A DNA stretch of 62,219 nucleotides, the filler included, from Choristocarpus tenellus KU-1152 (lineage: Eukaryota; Protista; Phaeophyceae), in assembly GCA_964200185.2 (NCBI GenBank). It is 11 parts of 11 records of this genome, joined end to end, with 100 filler letters (N's around TTAATTAATTAA, not from the genome) between each part and the next. Parts side by side here need not be neighbours in the genome. Positions count along the whole stretch, not along the records: positions 1 to 6,536 come from CAXNAD020007910.1; positions 6,637 to 11,742 come from CAXNAD020011854.1; positions 11,843 to 15,491 come from CAXNAD020018741.1; 8 more parts are not named here. One strand, 5' to 3'. The translations under genes and the position numbers were made by a program. The notes under the pieces were generated by a model. It worked only from the letters and a program-made list of their open reading frames with translations. It ran no database searches and had not been told where the DNA came from. Positions 1 through 13,021 of the stretch are shown piece after piece. The stretch's first letter is position 1; the number at the start of each line of letters is the position of its first letter.

Positions 1-466
1 CCCGCCAGATACTTTGAGCTCCCCCTCTAGGATACTATGGGCCTTAGGTTTCAAGGCTGTTTTGAATGGAAGACTTGCATTTTAAATGGGATGTAATCAT
101 GTAGTCTAGGCCAGGCAGTGAAAAGCAGTGTGTAGTATACTGTTGTGTGTTTGTTTGTGTGTGTGTGTTTACACAACATCTTATGTGATGTATTTAAGTG
201 CCTACTTAAGGGGTATGGGCTGAGAAAGCTCAGGGAGGGATTCATCAATTCCACAGGGTAGGCAAGTTTGAAGTTTCCAGGGCAACATGGGACTGCTAGA
301 TGAGTGATGAACTTGTTGTTCATGTGTAGTATATACTATCCATGTACTTAGTTCCCTCAAAGTAATGCAGTACTTTCACAAGCCAAAATCGTACTTTGCA
401 GTCCATCAAAGAATGGAGAGCATGCTCAGTAGATGTGTGCTTCTGCTGTTGGTGCTAGCTTCACTC

Positions 467-3400
467 CTACTTCTTCACTGCACTCATCAGGGAACCCACG
501 CCCTTGTTGCTCGTTCTTGCTGATGGTTGCATTGTCACTGGTTCAGGAAGGTTATGTCTCCTCGCAGTATTGCTTGAATGTTTTGCCACTCCAAAAGGCT
601 CACCCCGAATACCTCTCATGATACCTTCATGATAGAATTCTTTGACCACGTCTCTAAGTCAATGTAGCATCTTAAGACTCTATTTTAAAAACAACCACAA
701 CATGGCAGTGTTCTTTGAATCGATTCCTTTCTACACAAGGCTAATTGTGCCATTCTAAAGCATTCCGCACTATTATTAAACTTGCTTAACAACAGAAATC
801 AAAGCATATGTGTTGCAATACCACTATCACATAGTTACAGCAGTATTTCCCACGGAACTATTGAAATGTCAAAATTCATATTAACACCATAATTAAAGAG
901 AAAACCAAATAAAAAAATCCATTGAAGGTAAAAATCCTCCAGTTTCGTGATTGAAGAAAATGAACAGGCCTGGGCTTGGTAGACTAGACTTTATGTGCAC
1001 TGTATATATATCAGATACTTATCATGCTTCTTGGATCAGACAATCCTGTCAAAAAGTAACTGAGAGACTCTATCATCGTATCAATAGATATGTCAATGGA
1101 CAGTGTAATCTTTCCCTTCACACATGATCTATGTCTTACACCCGTTCCACCATCACCAACGTCTGTAATATCAACTTTCAAGTTAGTAAACACTCAGTCA
1201 GGCATCCACCCATACATTCATGCAACCAAGCACAACATACCGACCACGCATTTTAACAAATCAAGATATTAGCAGTATTACACAGATCTTACGAAATAAT
1301 CAACATATTCAGCCCCACATAGCACTGTTGATCCAATCACTGCAACAAGATATTTGCAAAAGACAAAACAAGAACATATATATGGAGATGAGCATATAAA
1401 ATATAAAATGTACATAAATATCACATACCTATGAGCCTCCATCAACACTCTTACAAAGAGATTGCTCCAGGTTCCTCCCTCTCCACAGAGTCCTAAGGAA
1501 GACAACACACATGCTGCCTTGTGACGCACCCCATCATCTGGTCCCTAGTTAACACCATAACCCAGCAGGGAATCATTTCATTGTTGCAGGAACATAGTTG
1601 GTGGAAAGCAGGTTAGTCAGGCAGAGTGTGCGACGATAGAGAGAGAGAGGCACGACACTCAAGGTAGAGTTCACTGTGGTTAGTTGGTTAGCCTCATTGT
1701 CATTCGCCGTACCACCCACCCCCATCTCCACAGCACCATCGAGTGTTACCAATAGAACAGAAAGGAAACACGGTCCTCTATTGGTGGGGGGGGGGGGAGG
1801 TGGTGTGGAGGTACCTCTTCCAGCAGGGTCAGCAGCAAGAAGTGAAACTGACATGTTTGCAAAAATGAAAGGAAAAAAACTTAAAGGATTTCAGGGATAA
1901 TAATCTTAGGTCTTGGTCAAGTTATGGTTGAAAAACAACAATTCCACGTGAAACACGAAAAAACCACTAATCACTTATCGCATTGAAATACTCCTGTTGA
2001 CACTTCGTACTATAAAAAACGTACACATTTGTAGCAGTGGTACAGCTACTACAGCACAGCAAGTCCCATACTATCATGAAACCACAACATCAACACCAAG
2101 AGCTAATTCTGGTCTAGATAACATACACAATCCACACCATGGTTATCCCTGCTCTTTTCCATATTGTATGCCTCAACTCTATTTCTGCTGAATTTTATGA
2201 AAATGTATGAGTCAAAGTAGTTGTAACTAAGAGGCGTGCATATTTTGACAAATTTTGACCGTGTGTAGTTTGAAGGTTCTTTACACTATATTCTTGGAAG
2301 ATGAAGACCATAAAAAGGAGTGTCAATAAGGATAGCTTACTTATGCAAACCTAATGAACCCGCAACCCACAAACAAGCCAAAATGCACTCCACAGCCGTA
2401 AACTGAGTGCTTCAAAACCTCTTGCCACTAGAAAGCGAGAGGGACCCCTAGAACTCAACAGCACCCCCCCCTCAAATATTTTTTCTTCATGTCTATCTCT
2501 CACTCGAGAAGCAAAAAGGTCTAGCTTAGTGTACTTTACCTGAAGCAATGAAACAACTGCCATCTCTATTCGCTTTCCATATGGTCGTGTTGATGATCGG
2601 AGAAGGGACACAACTGTCTCCAGCACCCCAAGGGCAGCTGACATCAATGAATTAGGGGTTGACTCAGCAACTCTTCCACTGCAAACACCCTCCAGGCAAG
2701 AAATAACACTTGGCACCAACTTGGGAAGAAAGGATACCACAGTCTGTGGGGCAAGGTGATAGGTATCATGAGCAGAGGGAACAAACATGAATTGATCATT
2801 TCTCATCAATTTTCCTACAAGGAAAGTGCAAGGAGGAAGAGATCTAGAGATATCTGAGGCTTGATATGGTGGTGAAGGAGAGTGAGGGTTCACAATAAAG
2901 ACTGGGTGACATGTCAAACAAAAGGGTGGTACTTTGACACAGCAGTATATGTAATGCTGAGAAATCGGATGCTTCGAATGCTGTAGGCACCATCACCACT
3001 GCAGGTTCTTCAAGATATATACATATGACAATGAGCTGGCCAAGAGTGATTAATAGTATAATATTAAGTGGCATGATGAAGTAAGATGGGTTTGCATGCA
3101 ATAAATTATGAGTCATCATGTCTAAGCTCAAGTGCTTTGCAACGGTGTCTTTACTTCTACGAACCCCACTACTCTCCCACTCATTCAATCTACAAAGTAA
3201 CTAGTTACCTGCCGAGCACTACCTGGAGAACCTACCCCCCTGGGGGCACTGCCCACAACACCAGATGCTCCAATGCCTGCCCCAACCAATGCCCCCCCCC
3301 CTCCCATCCCCTGCTCCGATGTCAGCAGCCGCTGCATAACCTCATCAACAGCCAACAGGACCATTATACGTGTCCCATCCACTTTCTTCGATTTCATCTG

Positions 3401-4692
3401 GACCAGGAAATCCTTTAACAGTGGAGCAAGGATGGTCTCTAAAACTTCAAGTGGACAGCATCCCACTAGCCCCAGCAGGTGTTGAGCACCAATGAGGTCG
3501 AGGCGCGTGGCCCTACCTATTCCATCCTGTTGACGAATGGGTGGGTAGGGCATTTTGCACGTGTTGTGGGCGCGAAACGTGTCTATTGAGGCTTCAACAA
3601 AAATATGGTCTTGTCCAAATGCGAATCTGTCGAAACAGGGCAAGGATTAGTACAGAACCGTGATGTTGAATTAAGAAGAGCAGGTGTAGGGTAGGAGGCC
3701 ATCGTTTACAAACACCAACAAAGGTACCCTTCTAGCTAGGTTATTGAAGGTACCTACTCCAATATTGCACACACTTGGTCGTGTCACTATTCCAGCAAAT
3801 TTGTACCTATAGCACACTCTTTAAGAAACTGTGCTCCCAGGTAAAGATGCAACAATTTCATGAATGTGCCTTGAACTACCTTTCCAACGAAAAATACACC
3901 GAAGTCTAACACCTGTGTTATTACCTGACCGGGTGCTGTCCTCTCCCGCCATGCACGGGCCTCCCGTAATGCAGTGGCATGGGTTGGTGCATGTGTGATT
4001 GATGACTCCAGCGCCTCGATAGTGTCCAAGTGGAAATCCTGTATAAAATATTCTACAACTTGAGATAAAACCCGGTTATGCTTAAGTAAACGTTTCACAG
4101 CAACACAATTAGAATGCACGGATATTCTCAAAACCACGCCTGAGTACACGAGAATTTGAGAACAAGCACACTCTTGAAGCTATCCTATGTGACAAGGAGA
4201 TCAGGTGCAATTAAGAGTAAACTTGTATCTGGGAGCTCACAGGCGCATCAACGCCACACGATAACGATCCTGATATTCAGAAAGGGTAGAAGTCGCAAGG
4301 CAGGTCCGAGGGATTCCCCCCTTCCCTTGTCGTTTGTCAACGATCATCTCTATAACTTGACTTGATTGCTCAGTAAAAGACATACCAATTGCAAACTAGG
4401 CTCCGCTTTACACTTAAGTGGGCTACAATTTACGTTGAAGTTGGCAATAATTGCTAGATGGTCATGGCTGTACCCAGTCGAGTCCTGGGGAATGGGAGAG
4501 GGGATAGCCTCCAGCAACTTCACTTGCCTCTGTCATGGTCTCGGAGAATTCCAAAGGAATACCATCTTCACTCCTGAAATCCGGTACAGCAGATATAAAC
4601 CACTCGGTCAACATCCTTTCCTCGAGAGTGCAATGCCGACCATTCCAGTTTTCGACAGTAGTAGCAGTACAGACAATCAGAAGTAGTACCAA
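467..4692 (-). CDS. Spliced gene, PELP1/RIX1-like (rixosome/ribosome biogenesis) HEAT-type protein; outer boundaries uncertain
   Basis: Exons with GT-AG ends: ~3626-3209 (..LIGAQHLLGLVGCCPLEVLETILAPLLKDFLVQMKSKK..ARQ), 2743-2540 (TVVSFLPKLVPSVISCL..SAALGVLETVVSLLRSSTRPYGKRIEMAVVSLLQ) and 1544-1429 (GPDDGVRHKAACVLSSLGLCGEGGTWSNLFVRVLMEAHR) join in frame. The motif order (LPKL/LPxF, RPF/YxxxIE, WSxLxxxxL) resembles the RIX1/PELP1 N-terminal domain. Further likely exons lie in ORFs 3787-4149, 4462-4692, 1011-1193 and 467-649. Confidence 0.6.
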
Positions 4693-5371
4693 CTATTGTG
4701 GTATGGGGTGGTCCTCATTTCTGCTCAAACCCTAACCCTAGGTAGAGCACAGCGTGAAACGAAACATGTTGGACCGCTTGAGGGAGTTCATTGCTGATTA
4801 TTATTGGATGTTAGATGAGGTTAAAAATTGAAAATAAAAGTAGAAATATGCGATACATCGCGATTGGCTGATAACCATTACTGATTAGAGTTGAGATTGG
4901 AAATAATGGGTAAGATATTAGAGTTGAACAAAAACGAATCAACTAAAACAGAACATCCACTCATTCATTACAATAATAGTTCTAATCTCAACATGTTTCA
5001 AAAAGGAAATTTTTGGACTTCCCGATTAACAATCAGGGACCTTCCTCAATGAATTGGATGGGCAGGGGTGAGAGAGGGTCTGGGGGATACGCCAAAAAAG
5101 GAACCGTTGTCAAGACCTGCTTGATGAGAGAGATGTTTCAGAGTACGGTTATTATGATGAACGCTGGAAGCCGATTCACGAATCATAAGCATTTTTTTCC
5201 CTCCACAAAGTATCACTACCACATATGTGAGCACACTCAGTGCATGGTACCTGGCCGTCATTCCACATAGATAGTATTAGTAGGAGATTCACCCAGTAGT
5301 TGTTGCTGCCCTCACGAGATTTTTTTTACTACTGCTATCGAGAGCGATCTTGGAGGTGGATATAACATAAC

Positions 5372-5590
5372 GAGCCAAAGTAAACGAGAGGTACCCAGGT
5401 TTTGTCCGTTTTGCATTTTGAGTCACTTTGTGATCTTTCACAATTCACCCATCTTTCTATGGATCAATTTCTAAGTTTGGCTTGAGAACGTTGATCTACC
5501 CTGTACGCATTTGAAAAAATAGATGGTTTTGCAAGTATTTGTCAGTGTCCTTAAAATGCAATTCTGGGTATCTCTCGCTTACTTTGACTC
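5372..5590. mobile_element. MITE, family C (TIR GAGCCAAAGTAAACGAGAGGTACCCAG)
   Basis: Left end gagccaaagtaaacgagaggtacccag and right end ctgggtatctctcgcttactttgactc are imperfect inverted repeats. Flanks share aac. Related copies at 32381-32602 and 32906-33184. Confidence 0.8.
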
Positions 5591-5907
5591 AACAAGTTCG
5601 ATGCAGATATAGTTACTGCATGGTCCAGTTGACCCCACGAAACGGCAGAGCCCACATCCCTTCATGTTTGCCTCTTGAATGACTGCCCTCCAGTCACCTG
5701 TTCTGAAATCTACACCGTCACCATGGCCGCCCTTCCCCCACTGTTCTTCCTCTTCCCTTCATCACCATCACTTTCCCTTGTCCCTGATCTCAACACACTT
5801 CTCACATCTCCCCTGACTGAAAGGGTCATTGTGAACCACATTGCTGCGTATGTGTTTTTTTTATCATGCTTGTTTATCAGACAAGGTGTTGTATTGCAAA
5901 CAAACCT

Positions 5908-6484
5908 GGCTCAAAGTATCTGGGGGATGGGGGGGGTCTACACCAGGGTATCCATTTGGGGCATAACCAGGAAAAGTGCACTTACTAATCCATCCGACGT
6001 ATGCAACCAAATTACCCAAAAATAGCGGTATGAAAAAAAACAGCCCCCCCCCCCCCTCCCCCCCCCATACCTTTGGGCACGTCTCGAAATTTAAAAAACA
6101 CCTTCAAGTAACTCNNNNNNNNNNCGACGTATCCAACCAACTTACCACACAACAGCGATGTAAAAAAAAACCACCCCCCCCCCCCCTTCCCCCCCAGATA
6201 CTTTGAGTCAGCTCTGATATTTTAAAAAAGTGCTACAAGTACATCTATAGCATTTCCTTGAGCTTATTTTTCGGTGGAGGATATAGTTTTCACTATGAGG
6301 CTCAAAAGTATGTGGGGGGTGTGGCGGCTGCCCATTTGGAGTCATTTTTTTCATGTTGCGATTTTTGGGTGATTTGGTTGCATACGTCGGGGATGGATAA
6401 TGTAAATGCAATTTTCCTGGTTTTGGACCAAATGGACACCCCGGTGTAGACCTCCCCCCCCCCCCCCCCCTTAAAATTTGGGCT
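5908..6484. mobile_element. Cluster of 3 family-A MITE copies or fragments (5908-~6079, 6125-6209, 6299-~6484)
   Basis: Each carries the family-A core (gtccatttgg..gaaaagtgcacttac..atccatccgacgtatgcaaccaaat..) and/or the TIR caaagtatctggggg / cccccagatactttg. The last copy is inverted. A 10-N gap lies at 6115-6124. Confidence 0.8.
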
Positions 6485-6536
6485 TATGAAAAACCTTTTT
6501 TTTTTCCCCTAAATTTTTTCCTTTAAATAAGGGTTT

Positions 6537-6636
6537 NNNNNNNNNNNNNNNNNNNNNNNNNNNNNNNNNNNNNNNNNNNNTTAATTAATTAANNNNNNNN
6601 NNNNNNNNNNNNNNNNNNNNNNNNNNNNNNNNNNNN
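6537..6636. other. Artificial contig linker N44-TTAATTAATTAA-N44; also at 11743, 15492, 28008, 30875, 40495, 43681, 46479, 50226, 55182
   Basis: The identical 100-nt pattern occurs ten times. TTAATTAATTAA puts stop codons in all six frames, as scaffolding linkers do. Confidence 0.97.
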
Positions 6637-7872
6637 CAAAATTCGTACCCTCTAAGATACTTTCACTCTAAGGAAGTTGGTATAGAAGGCCCTGATTCTT
6701 TGACAACGAACCTTCAGGATGTACGTGTGGGTATCTATTTTATGTAGTGTGTAGTTTACAGAGAGAGAGGGAAAGGGACCTTTCTCAATGGGTTCACACT
6801 TTCTTGAACAAGTGCCTTCCAGCACATCTTTCCATACCATAGTACCAAATTGAACTCCGACAAGGTCATGTTGTGAATCATATTCGTTTGTGTTAGAAGG
6901 AGATTCCCCAAACGCGGCATTCCAGGGCAAACGAACATGAGGTATTTTTGAGCTGGCTTTGACAAATGTAGTACATAAATAAATCTTGTGGAAGGTGATA
7001 GGAATCATATCCAACATACCTTGTTAAGTTCATTTGATCTCTATATGTTACATTCGTCTAAAACGATGAAATATTTCAAGGTAATAACTATTCCTGAGAA
7101 GAATGATTCAACACTTTTTCTTTGTACTTTTTCTTCCCAGAGTAGTAGTAGTGGACATGCAAAAGACGAAAGTGCAGTATACACACACATCACGTTTGTT
7201 TTGAAGAGACTACGGTGGGGAGATATTCTCAACTTGATTTTCTACTTTAATGGCATGGATTCCCAATATTGTGTGAGAATACACTTGGAATGACACTACA
7301 GAAGGAACAATCGGAAGGTCTAGGGAAGTCTACCACTTGCCCTGCATTACTTTCTCCTCGAAAGAAGGACGCCAAAAATTAGTACTCAGGTTCAAGATAA
7401 GACGAGCAGCGGAGACTTTGTGGCATCTTGTGTGACTCTCTGTATTATTGTTCTCTCATATACTTGACCGTAATTGAAGTATATACTGAATAGCAGTGAA
7501 TCCCTTACAGGAAGTATACCCCTTTGCTCGAAAGTTTGGAGGAGTAGTGACTGCCTTAAACACGTAGTATATTTCTATAGGAGTGCGAGGAGATGAAGTG
7601 ACTATGCATACAACAATCAGCCATCATGTGAATAATCTGATGGAGAAAGCAATACTGGTACCATAAATTTTGTGTATATTTCAAAGCATTACATATTCGA
7701 GGCAAAACAATTTGAGCAGTGTTCCAATTGAAGTTACCCTCCTCCTGGACTCTGCTAAAGCTGTTAATGTCGTTGCCCATTTGGGCACAAATATCTCACT
7801 CTTCTATTCAAATATCTCTGCCACCGAGCCCTATCCAACCCCCAGGGTCTTCACATATATCACTTTTCTCAA

Positions 7873-9924
7873 TTATCCAATATAGGCGCTAGGGCTAGCA
7901 TTCACCCTGTGGTTGTGTAACCGCGATGCTAGTTTCCTGTGGTTTAGAAGATCCATTTTTGTGATGAGAACTGCCTGGACTCGCTGGGGTAGAGTAGTAA
8001 ACACTTCTGCAAACCTTCCAACAGAGAAACCCAAGAGCCCACAACGGGCAATTGCATCAACAAATTGGCGAAAGCTAAGGCCCATTCCTTGAGGCAGCGT
8101 ACTAGAGACAACACTTCTCTCCAATTGCTGCAAAAAATAAACGGTGGACCAGAGGAGAGGAAGACAGTTGCAAGTCAGCATCTTTAGTAGAGTTACTGAG
8201 GTAGATGTGAATAATTGGTTTTCCTGACAGCTATTAGCATTGTTGTTGCTGCTCTGAAATCATTGTATCAGGATGGTTCTTAAGTGCTTTACACGAGGTC
8301 TTCCTACAACCCCCAAGGCACAAATCGACCAACATGTTCCTCACATTCCAGTAAGCATCCTCCTCTGCATTGTTTCGCCCCTGCTGTCTCCAAGTCTCAT
8401 TCTCTGTGCCCCCCTCCCCCTCTGTCTCCAGGAACGATGCGACTTGAACCCCTTGAGTGCTTGCTGTGATAAAAGCAAGGCGAGCCTGCAGAGAGGAAAG
8501 TAGGAAATCTTTTCTTACACCTCTTTCCCACCTACCCTCCCTTTTAGATAATATAGATGCTTTTCTGGGAGCTGAGAATGGTCGGTGTTCCCGTTCAAAT
8601 GTAGGTGAAGAAGGGGCCAAATCAAAGTCGTGACAAACAGCACGAAAACCTTCCCAGGAAAGGAAAGGCCCCTGCAGCAGGAAAAACTGAAGAGGTACAG
8701 GTCTTCCTTGTAGCCACACTGTGTCTCCATCACGCTTGAGGGCCGGAACAGTGTGGCCTTTGACGTAAACGCCAAAAAGCTGTTTAATTACACTCATCCA
8801 TGGAAGATTACATGTTCGGGAAAAGAGGAGAAACTGAGGTGGGGTGATTTTTGACACCTATTGCAATATACTGGAGAGAAAGTATCAGAGAGGCACATGC
8901 CCTAAGATCAAGAAGCACGTGGTCTGCTCTCTTCAACTAACTGTAGCCATAATTGGCACGAGCATGGACTATCCTGAAAGATAGTTGCACGTGAAGAGCT
9001 CAGGCTTGTCGTGCCATTTCCTCAAGAGTATTGTACAAGTAGAGTAAGCCACACGCCAAGCACCAATGAATCACTCACCTGCTCAAGTGCCGCAAGTACT
9101 TCACTGGACTTCTCCATAGATGCAAGTGTGGTAGGCTCCACTCCGACCATGAAAGCTCGTGCTCGCCTGACCTCGACAAGAGCCTGGGGCCTACTACCTG
9201 TACCACTCGGAGAGCACATCCCACGATCTTCTCTGCCTGCCAATCCATTCGAAATACGGAGAAAGCTCCAGGCACTTGATTGGGTTGCTTTGTCCTCTGC
9301 TCCAACACCGCCAGGATAGGTACTGGACCATTCCTCGATGTGAATACTGGCGAGATGATCACGAAGTAGTTGCATGACCGCCAGCGCTCGCGGACAAAGT
9401 TGGCGTGGTCTTGCTGCCGCTGCAGTATATGCGGGGTAAGCTAACTCCCACGCTTCGACTGGACGATCGAGATGGTATAACAAAACGGAGGACACCTTTA
9501 GAACAAGCTCTAGCTGGAAGGGGTGTGATGCAGTTAGACTGTCGCCGGCGATAATACCATCGCCAGCATGTCCGGTCGAGGCTTTCTGGGCCAAGGAGTA
9601 CGCCTCGAGTGCCTCGTTGCTGAGAGAATAGCACTCTTCCTGGGGAGCACCCGTATGTCGTGCCATTTCAGCGAGGTGCATCAGATGGTCTCCTCTCAGC
9701 TTAGCATACATCACCCTACCTTCTACGGTCAGGGCACCCGAAGGTGATTCCACTGTCGTTAAGTCTGGCCTCCCGGTCCTGAGCGCGACGCCCTTGTTAT
9801 CCATCGGGACCAGGACACTTTTGGTGGCCCTTGCACGCACCTTGTCGTCGAAGGACAGGCGCCGGTCAATAACGGCCATTGTGGATGACCATGGACATTG
9901 ATCATGACCTCCAGTAAGGTTCAT
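7873..9924 (-). CDS. Spliced gene: divergent 14-3-3-like C-terminal half domain followed by an unrelated helical region; may extend to ~6830
   Basis: ORF 9022-10092 contains VMYAKLRGDHLMHLAE, ALEAYSLAQ, SHPFQLELVLKVS..LDRPVEAWELAYPAY and VMQLLRDHL, collinear with 14-3-3 helices 5-9. The donor cag|gtgagt at 9079 joins the acceptor at 8857 in frame (ORF 8234-8857). A further exon lies in ORF 7873-8181 (LSFRQFVDAIARCG). Start at ATG 9924 or 9879. Confidence 0.75.
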
Positions 9925-10117
9925 CAATCGGTTGTTCCTATTTATCTCCAAGTGCTCATAGAAAGCATACCGCAATGGTGGGTACCTATGAGCTGAGTAC
10001 GCAAACTTTGATGTGAAACCGATTGTCGTTTCGCCTACAAGGTTTGCGACTTGGAATGCATCAACGACTGCGGTGTCCCTGCAACAAGACACGTGTGCAA
10101 ACTCTCCCGGTCATACC

Positions 10118-10937
10118 ATGAACCGAGCTCTCAACAAGCTCTACGGGGAGTTAATCAGCCAGGCAGATAGGGAAGTTGAGAGGGAGAGGTTGGAGGAGAT
10201 AACCGAAGCTGAGAAAGCCAAGCGATTTCTTGAAGAAAAACGTGTGGCCGTGGCAAAGCTTAAGGAGGTGTGTCAGACGCACGCGGCATGATGATAATTA
10301 TTTGGGAGATTTTCCGGATGAGGTTCTCTTCAGCAATGCCTGACATATGGTGATTGACGGACTTAAACTCGATTCCTATCACAGTTAGTTGCAGTAACTA
10401 TTGTCAATAAACATACACCCAATTGTTAACTTTCTCTGCGCATGCTCGAGGCAGATAAGCATGAGAAAATTGGAAGAAGAAAACGAAAGTAAAGAGCAAC
10501 GGAAACTAGAGGAACTTGAGCGAAAGAGGCAGGTAAGTGGCACTCCTCTACAAGCAAAGAGGCTTGTCCATACTTGTCCAAAGAGCCAAAACTGTGCAAA
10601 GTACTTTGAATTGGGTTAGATGGGCACAACATCAACTTCTCGAAGCACACAGAGCTTGACATTTCCTTGTTTCCACACATATAATTCAGTATCAGAAATA
10701 AAATCCGACAATCATATATATATTCTTCTTAATGATGGCACTTGTTGCTCATTAATAGACGGCATCCCTCTCTAGTGTTTGCTTTCGCCCCTCCACAAGA
10801 ACATGTATCGTGGTCGGAGAGGGGCACTGAAAACGCCAGAATACTTCTAATATCCACCACAAATTTCAAATTCCACCTCACCAGGCAATCCTCGATGAAA
10901 AGAGACGGCGTGATGAGAGAGAGCAGCATCAGATGAA
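10118..10937 (+). CDS. Spliced gene, E/K/R-rich coiled-coil protein (5' part)
   Basis: ATG at 10118. Exons ~10118-10266 (MNRALNKLYGELISQADREVERERLEE..KLKE), ~10455-10532 (ISMRKLEEENESKEQRKLEELERKRQ|gtaagt) and ~10885-10937 (AILDEKRRRDEREQHQMK|gtaaga). Confidence 0.65.
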
Positions 10938-12836
10938 GTAAGACAAGTCAAATGCCTCAGAAATGGGCTCGTAGGTGTAACATTAGTCGTAAAAGAATAC
11001 CCTCACACGCAAATGTTTAGGCTCTTGAGAATACACTAAAGTTGGGAGCTGCGTATGTTACACTTGGTTGTGCAGAACAGCACATGTACATGTCGTTGGC
11101 TAGCCATTATTTTGAGTTTTATCACCGATCTATAGAGAAGTCTGACGGTGCGACACTGTAGTTGTGTATTGTTTTGATTGAGAACCCATGAATATGAGAT
11201 TAAAATGAGATAAGACAAGGGGGCGCCTTTCTACTGCGCCAGTGTCTATTTTTTCATGAGGGGGAACATAGGCTGGACTGCACATTATAGTCATCAAATA
11301 ATATTTCAGTATCTGCCAGCCAGTGACTCTAGCAACTTGTGCGCGGAACTGCGTACTTTCATACTGTGATACTTGAATATATGGAAAATCTATTTCCTAT
11401 GCCAATGACCAAATCTCCTATGTTCCAACAAATCCTGGATTGTTATTAGGCAGATTAGAAGGAGTGATATTACTTGCACTTTCTTCACTGATTCATCGAA
11501 TCTCTGAAGGGATTCCAGGGTAAATCCTGCCAAAAAAAATGATACGGAGTGCTGAAGTCAATGATATGTATGCTCCATACTGATGTGCCTTACTATTCTG
11601 TCACTTTTACCCTCATTCTTTCTTTTCAGCACAACTTGCTATTCATGAACAAAAATTTGTATCTCTGGTCATAGGGGCCTTAGTCTGCTTGTTAATCCTA
11701 TATAAATGACCCAAAGTATCTGGGGGGGGGGGGGGGCTACACNNNNNNNNNNNNNNNNNNNNNNNNNNNNNNNNNNNNNNNNNNNNTTAATTAATTAANN
11801 NNNNNNNNNNNNNNNNNNNNNNNNNNNNNNNNNNNNNNNNNNCCATGATTATACCCCGCTTGGCGTATGGGTGAAACTTTGAACCGGCTCCCCTCTGCTG
11901 CTTGTCCTGGTGAACATAGCACTCGCTCCCCCAGGTTCGAAGCCTATCATAGTTGAAAGATTTACCTATTAGACGCTCGCATGGTGTCTCTCCTCCGAGG
12001 TATTTGTGTGGCATGCCTTCAGTTTTGAAGGCGATGTCCGTGATTGCAAAGAACCAGAACTTGTCGCCCAGTCCAGCCTTTGCCAGTTGACTCCTTGGTG
12101 CCCCCATGAGTTGCTTTATCGCCCTTTTGGCAATCCCGTTGCTCTGTGGTGTTCTCGGTGGAGATTTCCTCCATCGGGTACTGTTATTCACCAGCATCCT
12201 CTGGAACTTCACCGATCTCCCAAGCTTGCCAGCACCATCCCCACGGATGCATTGGACTTGTATACCTTCCCTGGCCATCTGGTCCATATAGGCAGCAGTT
12301 GTGTCCGTCGCTGCATTTTTGGTTTTCAATCCATAAACCCTTTTGTCTCTGCTGCTCTCAACGACAAGCACCTGGAAATATTTATGACCAGTGATGTCTG
12401 CTTGAAAAGGTCCTCCCAAATCCGTGTGGACAACCTCGCCGGGCTGCTTGGGGGTCCTGCCAACCCGTTGATAGCTTAAGGCCTCGGATTTTCATTCCTT
12501 GCAGGTCTCGCACCGTAGTTCTGACCCCACAGTAGCGTCGGTAATCTCCAAAAGTCCACGTTTCTCGAGATACTTAATATGTTGTGCCAGTCCCTCAATG
12601 TCAGCCTCTGCTTTTGGTTGGCTCGTGCAGCGCTGGCTCTCAACTCTTGTTCCATGGTGATTATGGTTCCAGATAAATTTAAGAACCCCCCCAACTTTTG
12701 TAGGTTTATCTTGGGCGAATTCTTGGAGGTCCTCAGATAACTTTCATTCGTTCCTTAATCCATAAATTCTCCTCCATTCCGTCGTATACTTCCAGTACTC
12801 AATATGCGGCATGGTAGACCTGGCACCCATAGAACA

Positions 12837-13021
12837 AGGTCAAAGTATCTGGGGGTGGGGGTGGTTTGTGATGGGGCGTCCGTTTCGGTCAAACAACTCT
12901 TTTTTTTCTGCTGACATTTCAAAATCCGACACGTGCGACCAAATCACACCAAAAAAGTGAAAATCGAAAGAAGAGTGTGAAAAACGGACGCCGACACCCC
13001 CCCCCCCAGATACTTTGACCC
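12837..13021. mobile_element. 185-bp MITE (family A2) inserted in the copia protease region, 4-bp TSD AACA
   Basis: TIRs aggtcaaagtatctggggg / cccccagatactttgaccc; aaca at 12833-12836 and 13022-13025. Removing it restores the minus-strand reading VLKDVLWVPGLPCRILS. Confidence 0.92.

Noticed and set aside
1573-1900. Overlapping Pro/Gly-rich ORFs as genes or a scrambled PELP1 exon
   Set aside because: They lie between two exons that join cleanly (2540 to 1544) and contain a homopolymer, a CT tract and branch-point-like ctaac, so they are intronic.
2844-3188. 114-aa minus-strand ORF as an exon
   Set aside because: The exons ending at 3209 and starting at 2743 join in frame (ARQ-TVVSFLPKL) and fit RIX1 spacing without it.
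5976-6449. Recurring short ORFs such as VHLHYPSDxCNQITQK..MTPNGQ (also at ~31021, 34821, 43835, 48385) as a small-protein family
   Set aside because: They are chance translations of family-A MITE copies; frames and stops vary between copies.
6581-6592. Recurrent palindrome TTAATTAATTAA as a biological site
   Set aside because: It is always centred in a fixed 100-nt N block, so it is an artificial six-frame-stop linker.
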